From NCBI RefSeq assembly GCF_964194155.1, contig NC_135895.1:43400001-43464000 (forward strand): a DNA stretch of 64,000 nt, given 5' to 3'. Below are positions 36,094 to 47,600 of this stretch, piece after piece. Every line of letters starts with the position of its first letter. The stretch's first letter is position 1. The notes below the pieces were generated by a model. The model was not told where the DNA came from, ran no database searches, and saw only the letters and a program-made list of their open reading frames with translations. The stretch comes from Cetorhinus maximus. Its lineage: Eukaryota. The translations under genes and the position numbers were made by a program.

Positions 36094-37729
36094 TGATAGG
36101 TTAAATTGGAATTGCGCAAATGACCTTCCAACTCTGAAAAATGAATGATTATTTTTCATCATGTTGCAGCAAGAATGTTGGACATGCTTAGGCGAGGTGA
36201 TAGGCCCCCAGCACCACGCAAGCAAAGATGGCTGGACATGCCTGCATCCCCAGCACCACCCAGGCACATTGAGCAAGTTCCTAAATGGAGCACCAAGAAG
36301 CCAGCGAGCAGTTGCACACTGCAATTAATGGCAAGGTAATGATTCTTATAATTAATTGTCAAAACATTTGAAAATCAATTTTGGTTTCAACAAAAAGTGA
36401 TGGATCACTATGATGATAGGTAAAGTATTAAACTTGCCTCCATTACTAAGGATTTGTCATTCAGTGAGACTGAACAATTGAATAACCTCGTGTAGCTTCT
36501 GTAGTTAATCTGAGTCTGTATTATCTTCCAATTTTACAGAGTATGTCCCTGATTTTACTTACAGGTAAAACTGCCAGATGGTATTGTGACACCGGAGAGT
36601 GTGTGGAATAGGGCACATAGCTAAGGATGAATTCATTATTCATCAGGTCCTTGGCTGTTGATATCTGGGGGTCCGACGAACTGAAGGGAAGGTCAGTCTG
36701 TGGAAGACCATGCCCACCGTTTGTGAACATGGGCAGTACTGGGAAGTCTTTGCTCTCACCACAGAAGTTAAATGTATCAAAGCTAATGCCACATAAACCC
36801 TGTATTTTCTTTTTGTGTGATGCAATGTCCCCTTAGTTAACTGAGAAGCACTGAAATAGGATTAATTGGTCTTCTGATTATGGTTAGGTTCCAAGAAATG
36901 CCCAAATGAACTGGGGTTTCCATGGGGATGAACTGCTAAGAAGCAATGGGTAAACAAATGGGGCTGTTAAAGTTGTTTTATTGCAGGCAGCATAGAAGAT
37001 GCAATTTCTCTCAGCAGGCGGTCAGCTTGGAGGCCTCTTGTCACCTGTTTTGTAAGACCCCAACTTTTAATTTCAACCTTAAACTTTTTCTCTTTTTAGC
37101 AGCATGTTTCACCCGCCAACTCCAAACCCAGGGGCTGAGTGAGGAGGCTTTTAAGAAAAAGTTCAGAAAAATGAATAATTACATCACTGAGAAAATTCTG
37201 AACCTCAATTAGAGACAAAAATCCAGTGAACCAACTAACATCTAATGCCTAAGTTCTGTATTTTGATTAACAGCTACAATTTAACATTTCTTCACTCTAT
37301 CTGTGTTTAACTGCTTTGGTTTCTGCAATTTATGTATTTAACTGTTTATTTCCCTCCTTACAGGGAAGTCAAGAGTATAAGCATCTCAGCAAAAATTGGG
37401 AGGCTGAAATCAGACGAACCATCCTGTCTTATTAATGTAAATACTGTTCAAGTTTTGCATTATGATAGCTGTAATTTAACATAATTACACTTTAACTATG
37501 GTTAGGTTTTTTTTGGTTTCTGCGCCATTTATTTGGTTTTTGCTTATGTGTTTTGTGTTTTTCTGCATCACAATAAACTTGCAGCACAGTCCAGTCAATA
37601 GTGTTTTATGCTTCACTGACTCCACAGCACACATTGACACATAGGTCATTTCTTTGACTTATTAGTAGTTCTTATGTGATTGGAATGGGTGAATTAATTT
37701 TTTGGATTTTCCTTTTTGTAATTTTGAAC

Positions 37730-37981
37730 AGTTTAGCTGGTCTCAAATGGAACCAGTTGGGCCAGTAAATTTAACCAGTCTAACCAGTCTCAACTGGAAC
37801 CAGCTCAACTGGCCAACTGAAACAAATTCAGCTCGCCAACTGGGAACAATCCAACAGGCCAACTGGAACAATCTCAGCAGCCCAACTAGGATCAGGTCAA
37901 CTGGGACCAATTCAGCTGGGCTGGCTGTCCCAATTTCGACAACTAGTTTGGATCCATCCTTGTTCAATTCTGCAGCAAGTG
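37730..37981. repeat. Subterminal AACTGG/CCAGT repeat array ending in ...CTGCAGCAAGTG (EnSpm/CACTA-like end)
   Basis: Many closely spaced AACTGG, ACCAGT and CAGCT motifs in both orientations. The terminus reads CACTTGCTGCAG on the minus strand. Confidence 0.55.
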
Positions 37982-38039
37982 AGGCGGAGAGGCAGTTTTA
38001 AAGCTCTAGGAAAGCCATTTGCTTCTCTCAAGTCAACAT

Positions 38040-38385
38040 GCCCAGCATCGGGGCACTAATCACTCAAATCCACCTCCTCTGAAATGCTTCAGAAATGTTC
38101 TTAAAGCATCCCTGAAGGTGTCAAACATCTCAATATGGTGACTGACCAAAATGGGAGAAGGTTCATTTGGGAGGGCACCCAATGCAGAGGGACTTCGTCA
38201 GGCACACGCAAAGGCAAAGTCAAGGCAACACACAGAGTGCAAAAAACTCATCTGACTAATTTTCCAGGCACCACCTGCCCACACGTGACAGAGTCTACAG
38301 GTTGTACATGCCATCTCAGAACCCATTGAACTGGAGTGGAAATAAATCATCCTCGATTCTGAGGGACTGCCTAAGAAGAAAGAAA
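38040..38385 (+). mobile_element. RTE-like LINE 3' fragment
   Basis: C-terminal zinc-knuckle remnant (TTCPH..HLRTH) and the tail catcctcgattctgagggactgcctaagaaga. Confidence 0.5.
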
Positions 38386-38627
38386 GATTGCTGATATTTA
38401 ATTTGAATTTATACAGTATTTATTTTATATTTGGTGATTTATTTTACTTTACACATGTACGGGACAATATTTCAACTTGTACGTGGGATTTTCCAGGCTA
38501 GAAATGTCCAAAGGAACCTAACTCTGGCTTTAACATTGATTCCTATGAGAACCTTTGATTCACTTAAAGTTTTTTCACTAAAAGTCGTGATTTTAAGGAA
38601 CACAACTTTAAGTGAGGCCTAACTGTA

Positions 38628-39270
38628 GATTGTTGCTGGCTGGGGCAGAGATAGATAATGTTACAAAGATGGAAATAGGTGCTTTTTTGAGATGGCAAGG
38701 ATGTGGGAAACAAAGCTCAGTTTCAAGTAAAATAGGACACCAAGGTTGGGAGCAATCAATTTCAACTTGATATAAGGCCCAAGGAGGGGGATGGTGTCTT
38801 CAGCAAGGGCACAGAATTTGTTACAGGAGCTGAAGATGATGGTTTTGGTCTTTCCAATGTTTAACTGTAGGAAAATTGCAGCTCAGCCAAGACCAGGTGT
38901 CAGACTAGCCTGCTGACAACAGAAGCAGCAGAGGAGTCGAGACGGTGGATAGATAATGGGTGTCATTAGCATACCTGGGGAATCCAAAGGTACATCTTTG
39001 GGTGATGTTGCTGGGGGGATTGGTACCTTTTATATGAGGAATAAGAGGGAGCCAAGCATAGATTCTTGATGCACTTCAATGATGGTGTGGGGCAGAAAGT
39101 GCTATTGCTGGACACTCTCTGGCTACAATAGTTAAGAGCGAAACCAAGTGAAGGCAATCTTTCTGAGTTGATATCAGAGGAGAGACGTTGGAGCAGGATG
39201 GTGTCAATAGCCAAGACAAAGACTGCAACAAGGCCAAGAAAGGATGGTGGGATGTCACTAGGGTGTACGG
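38628..39270 (-). mobile_element. L2 LINE continuation
   Basis: Minus-strand remnant AIDTILLQRLSS and L2 RT motifs; continuous with 31130-31637. Confidence 0.65.
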
Positions 39271-39271
39271 A

Positions 39272-39510
39272 GGGGAGACGGTGGCATAGTGGTATTGTCA
39301 CTGGACTGGTAATCCAGAGACGCAGAGTAATGCTCTGGGGACCTGGGTTTGAATCCCATCATGGCAGATGGTGGAATTTGACTTCAATAAAAAATCTGGA
39401 ATTAAGAATCTAATAATGACCATGAAACCATTGTTGATTGTCATAAAAACCTACCTGGTTCACTAGTGCCCTTTAGGGAATGAAATCTCACCTGGTCTGG
39501 CTTACATGAG
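39272..39510 (+). mobile_element. tRNA-derived SINE (family of 27848)
   Basis: ggagacggtggcatagtggtattgtcactggact..gggtttgaatccc head. Confidence 0.7.
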
Positions 39511-39539
39511 CTGCAGTAATGCTGGCATCAGGCCAAACA

Positions 39540-41232
39540 TGGATTACCAAGTACCACCCCCACTCAGCTGATGAATCAGTACTCCTCCATGTTGAACACT
39601 GCTTGGAAGCACTGAGGGTGGCAAGGGCGCAGAATGTACTCTGGGACTTCAATGTCCATCACCAGTAATGGCTTGGTAGCACTACTGCTGGCTGAGTCCT
39701 AAAGGACATAGCTGCTAGACTGGGTCTGCGTGCAGGTGGTGAGGGAACCAACACGAGATAAAAACATACTTGACCTCATCCTTACCAATGTGCCTGGTGC
39801 AGATGCAGCTGTCTATGACAGTAGGAGTGACCACTGCACAGTCCTTGTGGAGACAAAGTCCCATCTTAACATTGAGGATACCCTTCATCATGTTGTGCGG
39901 CACTATCACTGTGCTAAATGGGATAGATTTAGAACAGATCTAGCAGCTCAAGACTGGGCAACCATGAGGCGCTGTGAGCCATCAGCAGCAGCAGAGTTGT
40001 ACTTGAACACAATCTGTAAACTCATGGCCTAGCATATCCCCCACTCTACCATTAACCCTGGTTCAATGAAGAGTGCAGGAAGGTATGCCAGGAGCAGCAC
40101 CAGGCATACCTAAAAATGAGGTGTCAACCTAGTGAAGCTACAACACAGGATTACTTGTGTGCCAAAGCATAAGCAGCAACTGATTGACAGAGCTCAGCAA
40201 TTCCACAACAACAGATCAGATCTAAACTCTGCAGTCCTGCCACACCCAGTCGTGAATGGTGGTGGACAATTAAACAACTCTCTGGAGGAGGAGGCTCTAC
40301 AAATATCCCCATCCTCAATGATGGAGCAGCCCAGCCCATCAGTGCAAAAGATAAGGCTGAAGCATTCGCAACAATCTTCAGCCAGAAGTGCCGAGTGGAT
40401 GATCCATCTCAGCCTCCTCCAGAGGTCTCGAGCATCACAGATGCCAGTCTTCTCCCAATTCGATTCACTCCACATGATATCAAGAAATGGCTGAAGGCAC
40501 TGGATACAGAAAGGCTATGGGCCCTGACAATAGTACTGAAGGTTTGTGCTCCACAACTTGCCATGCCCCTCGCCAAGCTGTTCCGGTTCAGCCACAACAG
40601 ACATCCAGCCGGCAATGTGGAAAGGTCCGCCTGTACACAAAAAGCAGGACAAATCCAACCCCATTAATTACTGCCCCATTAGTCTTTACTCGATCATCAG
40701 TAAAGTGATGGAAGGGATCATCAGCTTTGCTATCAAGCAGCACTTGCTTAGCAATAACCTGCTCACTGATGCTCAGTTTGGGTTCCGCCAGGGTCACTCA
40801 GCTTCTGATCTCATTACAGCCTTGGTTCAAACAAGGGCCAAAGAGCTGAACTCCAGAAGTGAGGTGAGAGTGATTGACCTTGATATTAATGCAGCATTTG
40901 ACCGAGTGTGGCATCAGGGAGCCCTAGCAAAACTGGAGTCAACGGGAATCAGGGGTAAAACTCTCCACTGGTTGGAACCATACTTAGCACAAAGGAAGAT
41001 TGTTGTGGTTGTTGGAAGTCAATCACCTCAGTTTCAGGATATCACTGCAGCAGTTACTCAGCGTAGTATCCTAGGCCCAACCAAATGCAGCAAGACCTGG
41101 ACAATATCCAGGCTTGGGCTGACAAGTGCAAGCAGCCTACTTGATTGGCACCCCATCCACAAACATTCACTCCCTCCACATAGTCAGCACTGTGTATCAT
41201 CTACAAGATGTGCTGCAGGAACTCACCAAGCT
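39540..41232 (+). mobile_element. Decayed LINE ORF2 (endonuclease end to RT)
   Basis: QVVREPTRDKNILDLILTN..SDH; NYCPISLYSIISKVMEG; QFGFRQGHS; AAFDRVWHQG. Confidence 0.85.
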
Positions 41233-41235
41233 AGG

Positions 41236-42800
41236 GCTCCTTGCCGCCTGATAGCACTGTTGATGGGCCCTTCCATCACTTTACTGAAGATCAAGAGTAG
41301 ACTGAAGGGGCGGTAATTGGCCAGGTTGTATTTGTTCTGCTTTTTGTGTGCAGGACATACCTGGGCAATTTTCAACATTGTTGGGTAGATGCCAGTGTTG
41401 TAGCTGTACTGGAACAGCTTAGCTAGGGGCACGGCAAGTTCTGGAGTACAAGTCTTCAGTATTATTGTTGGAATATTTTCAGGGCCCATAGTTTTTGCAG
41501 TATCCAGTGCCTTCAGCTGTTTCTTGATATCACGTAGTGAACCGAATTGGCTGAATACTGGCAACTGTGATGCTGGGGACCTCTAGAAGAGGCCGAGATG
41601 GATCATCCACTCAGCACTTATGCCTCCAGATTGTGCAAATGCTTCAGCCTTATCTTTTGCACTGGATATGCTGCACTCCCTCATCATTGAAGATGGGGAT
41701 ATTTGTGGAGCCACCTTCTTCAGTGAGTTGTTTAATTGCCCACCCCCACTCATGACCGGACGTGGCAGGACAACAGAGCTTAGATCTGATCCGTCGTTTG
41801 TGGAGTTGCTTAGCTCTATCTATCACTTGCTTCTTAAGCAAGTTGTCCTGTTTTGTAGCTTCACCAGGTTGAAACCTTATTTTTCGGTATGCCTGGTGCT
41901 GCTCCTGGCGTGCCCTCCTGCACTCTTTAATGAACCAGGGTTGATCCCCTGTCTTGGTAGCAATGGTAGAGTGGGGGATATGCCAGGCCATGAGGTTATA
42001 GATTGTGGTTGAGTACAATTCTGTTGCAGCTCTTGGCCCACAGCGCCTCATGGTTAGCCAGTCTTGAGTTCCTAGATCTGTTCAAAATCTATCCCACTCA
42101 GCACAGTGATAGTGCCACACAACATGATGGAGGGCAACCTCAATGTGAAGACGGGACTTCGTCTCCACAAGGACTGTGCAGTGGTCACTCCTACCGATAC
42201 TGTCATGCATAGATGCATCTGCGGCAGGCAGTTTGGTGAGGATGATGTCAAATTGGTTTTTCCCTCGTTGGTTCCTTCACCAACTGAAGGTTGCCACAGA
42301 CCCAGTCTAGCAGCTATCTCCTTTAGGACTCGGCCAGCTTGGTCTATACTGGTGCTACCGAGTTACTTTTGGTGATGGACATTGAAGTCCCCCGCCCAGA
42401 GTACATTCTGCGCCCTTGCCAACCTCAGTGCTTCCTCCAAGTGGTGTTCAACATGGAGGAGTACTCAGTCATCAGCTGAGGGGGGATGGTACATGGTAAT
42501 CAGCAGGAGGTTTCCTTACCAATGTTTCACCTGATGCCATGAGACTTCATGTGGTCTGGAATCAATATTGAGGACTCACAGGGCAACTCCCTCCTAATTG
42601 TATACCACTGTACCACCACCTCTGCTGGGTCTGTCCTGCACTGAGATGGTGATGGTGGCGTGTGGGACATTGTAAGGTATCATTCCGTATGACTGTCAGG
42701 CTGTTACTTGACTAGTCTGTGAGGCAGCTCTCCCAACTTTAGCACAAGCCCCCCCAGATGTTAGTAAGGAGGACTTTACAGGGTCGACAGGGCTGAGTTT
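41236..42800 (-). mobile_element. Second copy of the same LINE family, in inverted orientation
   Basis: Minus-strand ORFs KALDTAKTMGPENIP..NYRPFSLLLIFSKVMEG and PWFIKECRRARQEQHQAY are homologous to 39540-40740. Confidence 0.85.
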
Positions 42801-42829
42801 CTGTAGCTGTTTCCGGTGCCTAGGTCAAT

Positions 42830-43002
42830 GAGAATGCTGATTGATTGGCATGTGGCATTGCACTTTCTTCACATAGTATAAATTGTTGTTTTCCCCTTAT
42901 ATTGGTATTCTTGCAAAGTGACCTGATGAGTGCAAGACGAAAAACTTAAGACATCTCTTTTTTTTTCAGCAATACTCAAGTTCTGTACTACCAAACGACT
43001 AT
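42830..43002 (+). mobile_element. Penelope-like terminal-repeat fragment with hammerhead-like core
   Basis: CTGATGA(42923-42929)-GTGCAAGAC-GAAA(42939-42942)-AACTTA. Confidence 0.5.
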
Positions 43003-43369
43003 CTCATATTATTAATATTCTGTGTTTAAGAACATATTTAAATGTACCTAGTGTCTTTCATGACCCCAAAGCACTTCACAGCCAATGTAGTTTTGGAATG
43101 TAATCAGGGAGAGAACAAGGACCCTTTAACATGGATATTAGAAGGGGTTAATAGTGATTCTCAATGTGCCTTACCGTCTTTGGAAGTAGGAATTTCCAAG
43201 AAATCTTTTTCCCTGAACTTGTCTAAGTTTTTAGGAATGTTTATTTTCTGCCTCTCCTATGGCTGCTGGTGGGTGAGAGTATTGGGGTCATAATGCTTAA
43301 TTACAAGAAGACTGTATGGGACAAGCTTAGTGGACCAGCTGAACTCTTTCTGTCATTTTCTTCCATCAG

Positions 43370-43750
43370 TTTGAAGGTGGGAATGGGATTAAGCTCCACT
43401 CTAGAGATTTGAACACACAATCTAGGCTGACACTCCAATGCAGTACTGAGGGAGCACTGTATTGTCTGAGGTGCTGTCTTTCAGATGAGACATTAAAACC
43501 AGGACCTGTCTGTCCTATTAAGTGGATATAAAAGAGTCCATGGAATTGCTTCGTATCTGGGCCAATATCATCATTAAAACATAATTTTTAAAAATCTGGT
43601 CATTATCTTATTGCTGGTTGTGGGAGTTTACTGTGTGCGAACTGGTTGCCATGTTTATCACATTGCAATAGTGACTAGACTCTAAAAGTACTTCACCGAC
43701 ACAATTGGATGCTCTATGGTCATGCTGTATAAATAGAAGTTCTTTCTTTC
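43370..43750 (+). mobile_element. Deu-domain SINE
   Basis: caatctaggctgacactccaatgcagtactgagggagcactgtattgtctgaggtgctgtctttcagatgagacattaaa core. Confidence 0.65.
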
Positions 43751-43970
43751 TCAAATCTTTGATTTATCAAGTGTTAGAACACTACTGGTAGAAGACTGTT
43801 CTTCACTCTAGACCTGACTACTAGAGGGAGGTAAATATACTTCCACTGTTTATAGATCTTGATAAAACTCTAGAAACCATAGATGTTTTCTGTAGTAGTA
43901 TAACAATGCCTAGCTCAGTGAGACAAAATAAAACACTGAAGAATGAAACAGCTTCAAATTTGAATGATCA

Positions 43971-43976
43971 TTTATT
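43971..43976 (-). terminator. Likely distal PRPF38A polyadenylation signal (a proximal one lies at 44334-44339)
   Basis: TTTATT (AATAAA on the minus strand) followed on the minus strand by T/GT-rich sequence. Confidence 0.55.
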
Positions 43977-44684
43977 GCTGGTTTGAACCTTCACTGCTCA
44001 ATATACAAAGGTGGCCTTTTGGACAGGTTTAATGTGCATGCATATACAAAAGGTTTAAATAGTTACAAAATTTTTCTAACATCCCAAAAGAAATAATAGG
44101 TTTTTTTTGCTTTCCTAACCTGAATTTTGCCAATGAGAAACAATCATATTGTGATTGGTCAGCTAGTTTTCACAATTGCTAGTGTGCCTTAGTACACAGG
44201 ACATTTATGGCATTAACTTTTTCCACAGTATTTGTTCTTGGTTCTTGAAACAGTTTGAACTTTGACATTTAACATTTGTAGACTTAAGAATGGAATATAA
44301 CATGTCTCAAGTAAATCTTTGTACAACCATTGCTTTATTCATCACTTCTAATAATCAAGTTTACCAAATGTTATTAAGCAATGAACTTGCTCCATATTTA
44401 CAACCAAAATTTCACCTAAATCATCGCTAATAAAAACTAGTTTCTTCAGAAAGCACTCAACATATTCACAAATATTAGCAGTAATGTCAATCTTCTGCCC
44501 GCTCTTGAAAGCTGTAGAACAGCTTTACCATAGTTTTTTCATGTCAAGTGGAATTGTTGCATCTTAAAATCAGAATGAACAAAAAGTACACAAATTGTCA
44601 ACATAAGACTAGGATATATCAGTCATATCTACACATAGGTCTTGTGACACACTGGAAATGTGTATTTGTAGTTATATACCACCT

Positions 44685-47600
44685 TCATTCATTTCCTCGT
44701 CGACTCTTCTTGTGACTCTTCTTTGATCTAAAATTAGTGTAAAAATTATTAGAAATAATGCATTCACTCTATGAGTTAATTAGAAAAAAAAAAGTCTAAA
44801 AATAATAATACCTTTCAGGTGATTTAGAATGACTTCTATGTCTGTGGCTTCTGTGATGGCCTATTTGAAAAATGTAATAAGTATCAGTGACAGAAACACA
44901 CATTAAATGGCAAAACAGTGTCTCTACAGTTCTCAAAAACACATTCTCCCCCCCCCCCCCCCCCCCCACCGCACCCCGCAAAAAAGATAGCAATTCACTT
45001 ATAATATTAAGAAACATCCCCAAAGTCTCTTCAGGGAGCAGTTACGAGTCAAGCACATTTGTGTAGAACTGGAGTAACATACAGTCCACACCAGGTAAGG
45101 GCAGCAGGTTTCCTTCCCATAAAGGACATCACTGAACCATATTTATAGCCATCACCAGCTTTGTGATCGCTTTTAGTGCTGCCAGCTTTTACACGAAGTT
45201 TTTTTAAAAACTGAATTCAAAATCTCAAACTGCCATGGTGGGATTTGAACTCATGTTCTCTGGACATGAATCTGAGCCTTTGGCAGTTGCTGATCTGTAA
45301 CATAACCACCACGCTATCATACACATAAACAAGCTGAGAAACTTTAAACTCAAGCACAAGTACTTGGGCTTATTTAGTGCATATGTGTTCATCCCAGACA
45401 CACACAGCATCTAGAACATACCACACGGATAATGCACATAACAAGCTTAAATTAATGAAAATTTAAAATAAGTAAACATTTTAGGATTTTTGGCACAGTC
45501 ACTCCTATTAATGTAGTGACTTTCTATTTAATCAGTGAATGTTGATTCTCAATTTTGTTTTTTAAACTGTGTATAGTTTGCAATTCTAGTTTGAATTTCC
45601 TTGATGTGACAATTTTCCCTATTTTGCTTTCCTTCTTTAACCTTTCAACCATTCAGTACATTTAGGTTTACATTCTCCTTCAAACTGTATATTCTTTATT
45701 GCTTCCCTCTTCCATCCATTCATTTAAACTCCTGCCCACAGTTCTGGTTAATCTCCCCTCAAGATATTTTTAGGTGTAGGCTGTCCCAGTCAATTTTGGA
45801 TTTCATTAACAAAGAACTCCATAGACACCATATCTACATTTCCTTTAAATACTAACACAAGAAGCCAGTCAGTTACAACAAATATCACCTTAAAAGACTA
45901 TCCATCATCTATCACAATAAATTACGAGGGAGAACACATGAAGACAATCCTTCTTACAGGTTTCTCTGTAGACATTAGTCACCAAACATAAAGGCTGTCT
46001 ACAAGCTTCCATTCTCGAGGTGAAAATGGCAAGTTGTTGACTTGAAAACAAGTAAAAAAAATTATACCTGGAGATTTAGATCTTGATCTGTGACGACGGT
46101 CTCTAGATCGACTACGATGACGCCTGGGACTTTTGCTGCGATGTCTTTCACGACGTGGTGATGGGCTTCAGTAAAACAAAAACATCAAATGAGAAATAAA
46201 AACAATGGTTGCATTTACTACCTATAAATGACAATGAATTAAAAAAACGCCATACCTCCTTCTCTTGGGGGACCTGCTTCGCCTGTAAAATACAAGATTA
46301 AGAATTTGATTACTTTTGAATAATTCCTTTAGCATGATGTAAAGGAAAACGTATCTTTATTACAATAATTGTAACTTTAACTTGTGTTGGTCTGTTTTCC
46401 CAAATTTGTTATGAATTGTTCTTGTATCTGCATGCTTTGACACTGCTGATAAATTCTAAACACCAACAAAATACATCTTAAAAGAAAAGATTTACCACAA
46501 CTTGCTAGCATAATTAAGTATCACCACGAATTCGTAACTTATAGAAAATAATTAGATAAAATACTGTAAATCTGAAAAAATATATACTGAAATACACAGG
46601 GTCTTGAAATGTACCTGAAATGCAAATTATTCTTTCCTTTTCTCATATGCTGTTGAATTGATTGTGAATATTCAGCATTTTGTATTTTATTTCATTTATT
46701 AAAAAGTTAAGACTGCAGCTGCTTTCTTACCGCCTTGGTGTTTTGCTTCGACTTCTTCTATATCGTGGAGATGGGGATCTTCGAGGCCGATCAAGATCAC
46801 GGTAGCCTCGTCGTGGAGGCTCTGGTGATGGAACTCTGTCACCCTGGAGGTTATTGACATTTAATGTGCAGGAAATTATGAATGCAAATTAACATTTACA
46901 TAATACATTTTGCCATTCATCCTGTACTGAATACGTACATAGACAATCAAAATTACACAAAACACTGCAATCAGGTGAATGACATAGTTGACATAAATTA
47001 ATTATGTAAACAAAAGTAGTTTTAAAAATGTAACTGCTTTTAAAAGCTACTTTCAAATAGAAACTCAGGAAATGTTTTTTGCCTGGCCGAATGGGAGATG
47101 GGATACAGGTGGGTTGAGGAGAGAAGGCAGGGAAGACTGAAGGTCATTCAAAAAAATCGTTATAAATATTGAGAGAAAAGTACTGGCACAAACATGTTGA
47201 GAACTGAAAGGGTCCATTTGAAAAAAACCATCAAGTTGGCACAAGTGTTTATTTTTTCTTTTTTTTAAAAAATGGCAAATGTAGTTTTAAGCTATGCTGG
47301 AATCAAGTTAGTTTTGAAGTTCAGAAATATTTAAATGTATCAGTCCTATTTTTAAAAGAAATATGGATCGACAGGAAATTATGCAGTTTAGTAACAATAC
47401 ATAAGCTTTTCTTTTACGGCTACAAATGTGATGGATCATTTCTTAGGTATGCAGTATGCATTCGGTTCTAAAGCATGCTGGAAGGAAGACCAAAGTTTGA
47501 TTAAAAGTTAGGTTAATGGAACAGCTTCGTTTGGGCCAAACAATTTGTTCCGAAAAAAAATTATGTTTTAAATGTGCATGAAAGGACATTAAATACATCC

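Larger units (their letters stand above)
32160..37212 (+). pseudogene. Spliced BEND5-like BEN-domain gene, pseudogenised and probably transposon-borne
   Basis: Exons 32427-32529, 32697-32854, 32951-33272, 36170-36335, 36565-36782 and 37100-37212, plus a possible first exon at ~32160-32236. Peptides: KVYLIRW..EEFYKAQIFMLSE; coiled coil ENMEAMNLKLQEEIV; NGK|VKLPDGIVTPESVW..SLFIRSLAVDIWGSDELKGRSVCG..LSPQKL; CFTRQL..KMNNYITEKILNLN. These are colinear with BEND5 as recalled. Stops at 33110 and 33203, frameshifts, and one mutated donor. Confidence 0.82.
31640..38625. mobile_element. 7-kb composite insert bounded by Tigger/pogo-like TIRs with TA TSD
   Basis: TA|CAGTAAGTCCTTACTTTAAGT ... ACTTTAAGTGAGGCCTAACTG|TA. 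It splits an L2 cleanly. No transposase ORF is visible inside. Confidence 0.75.

Noticed and set aside
32160-37212. Calling this locus the functional host BEND5
   Set aside because: In-frame stops, frameshifts and a mutated donor, and it sits within a TA-flanked insert that splits an L2, so no gene symbol was assigned.
37702-38001. 99-aa N/Q/W-rich ORF
   Set aside because: Its periodicity comes from the AACTGG repeat array; it is better explained as a transposon subterminal region.
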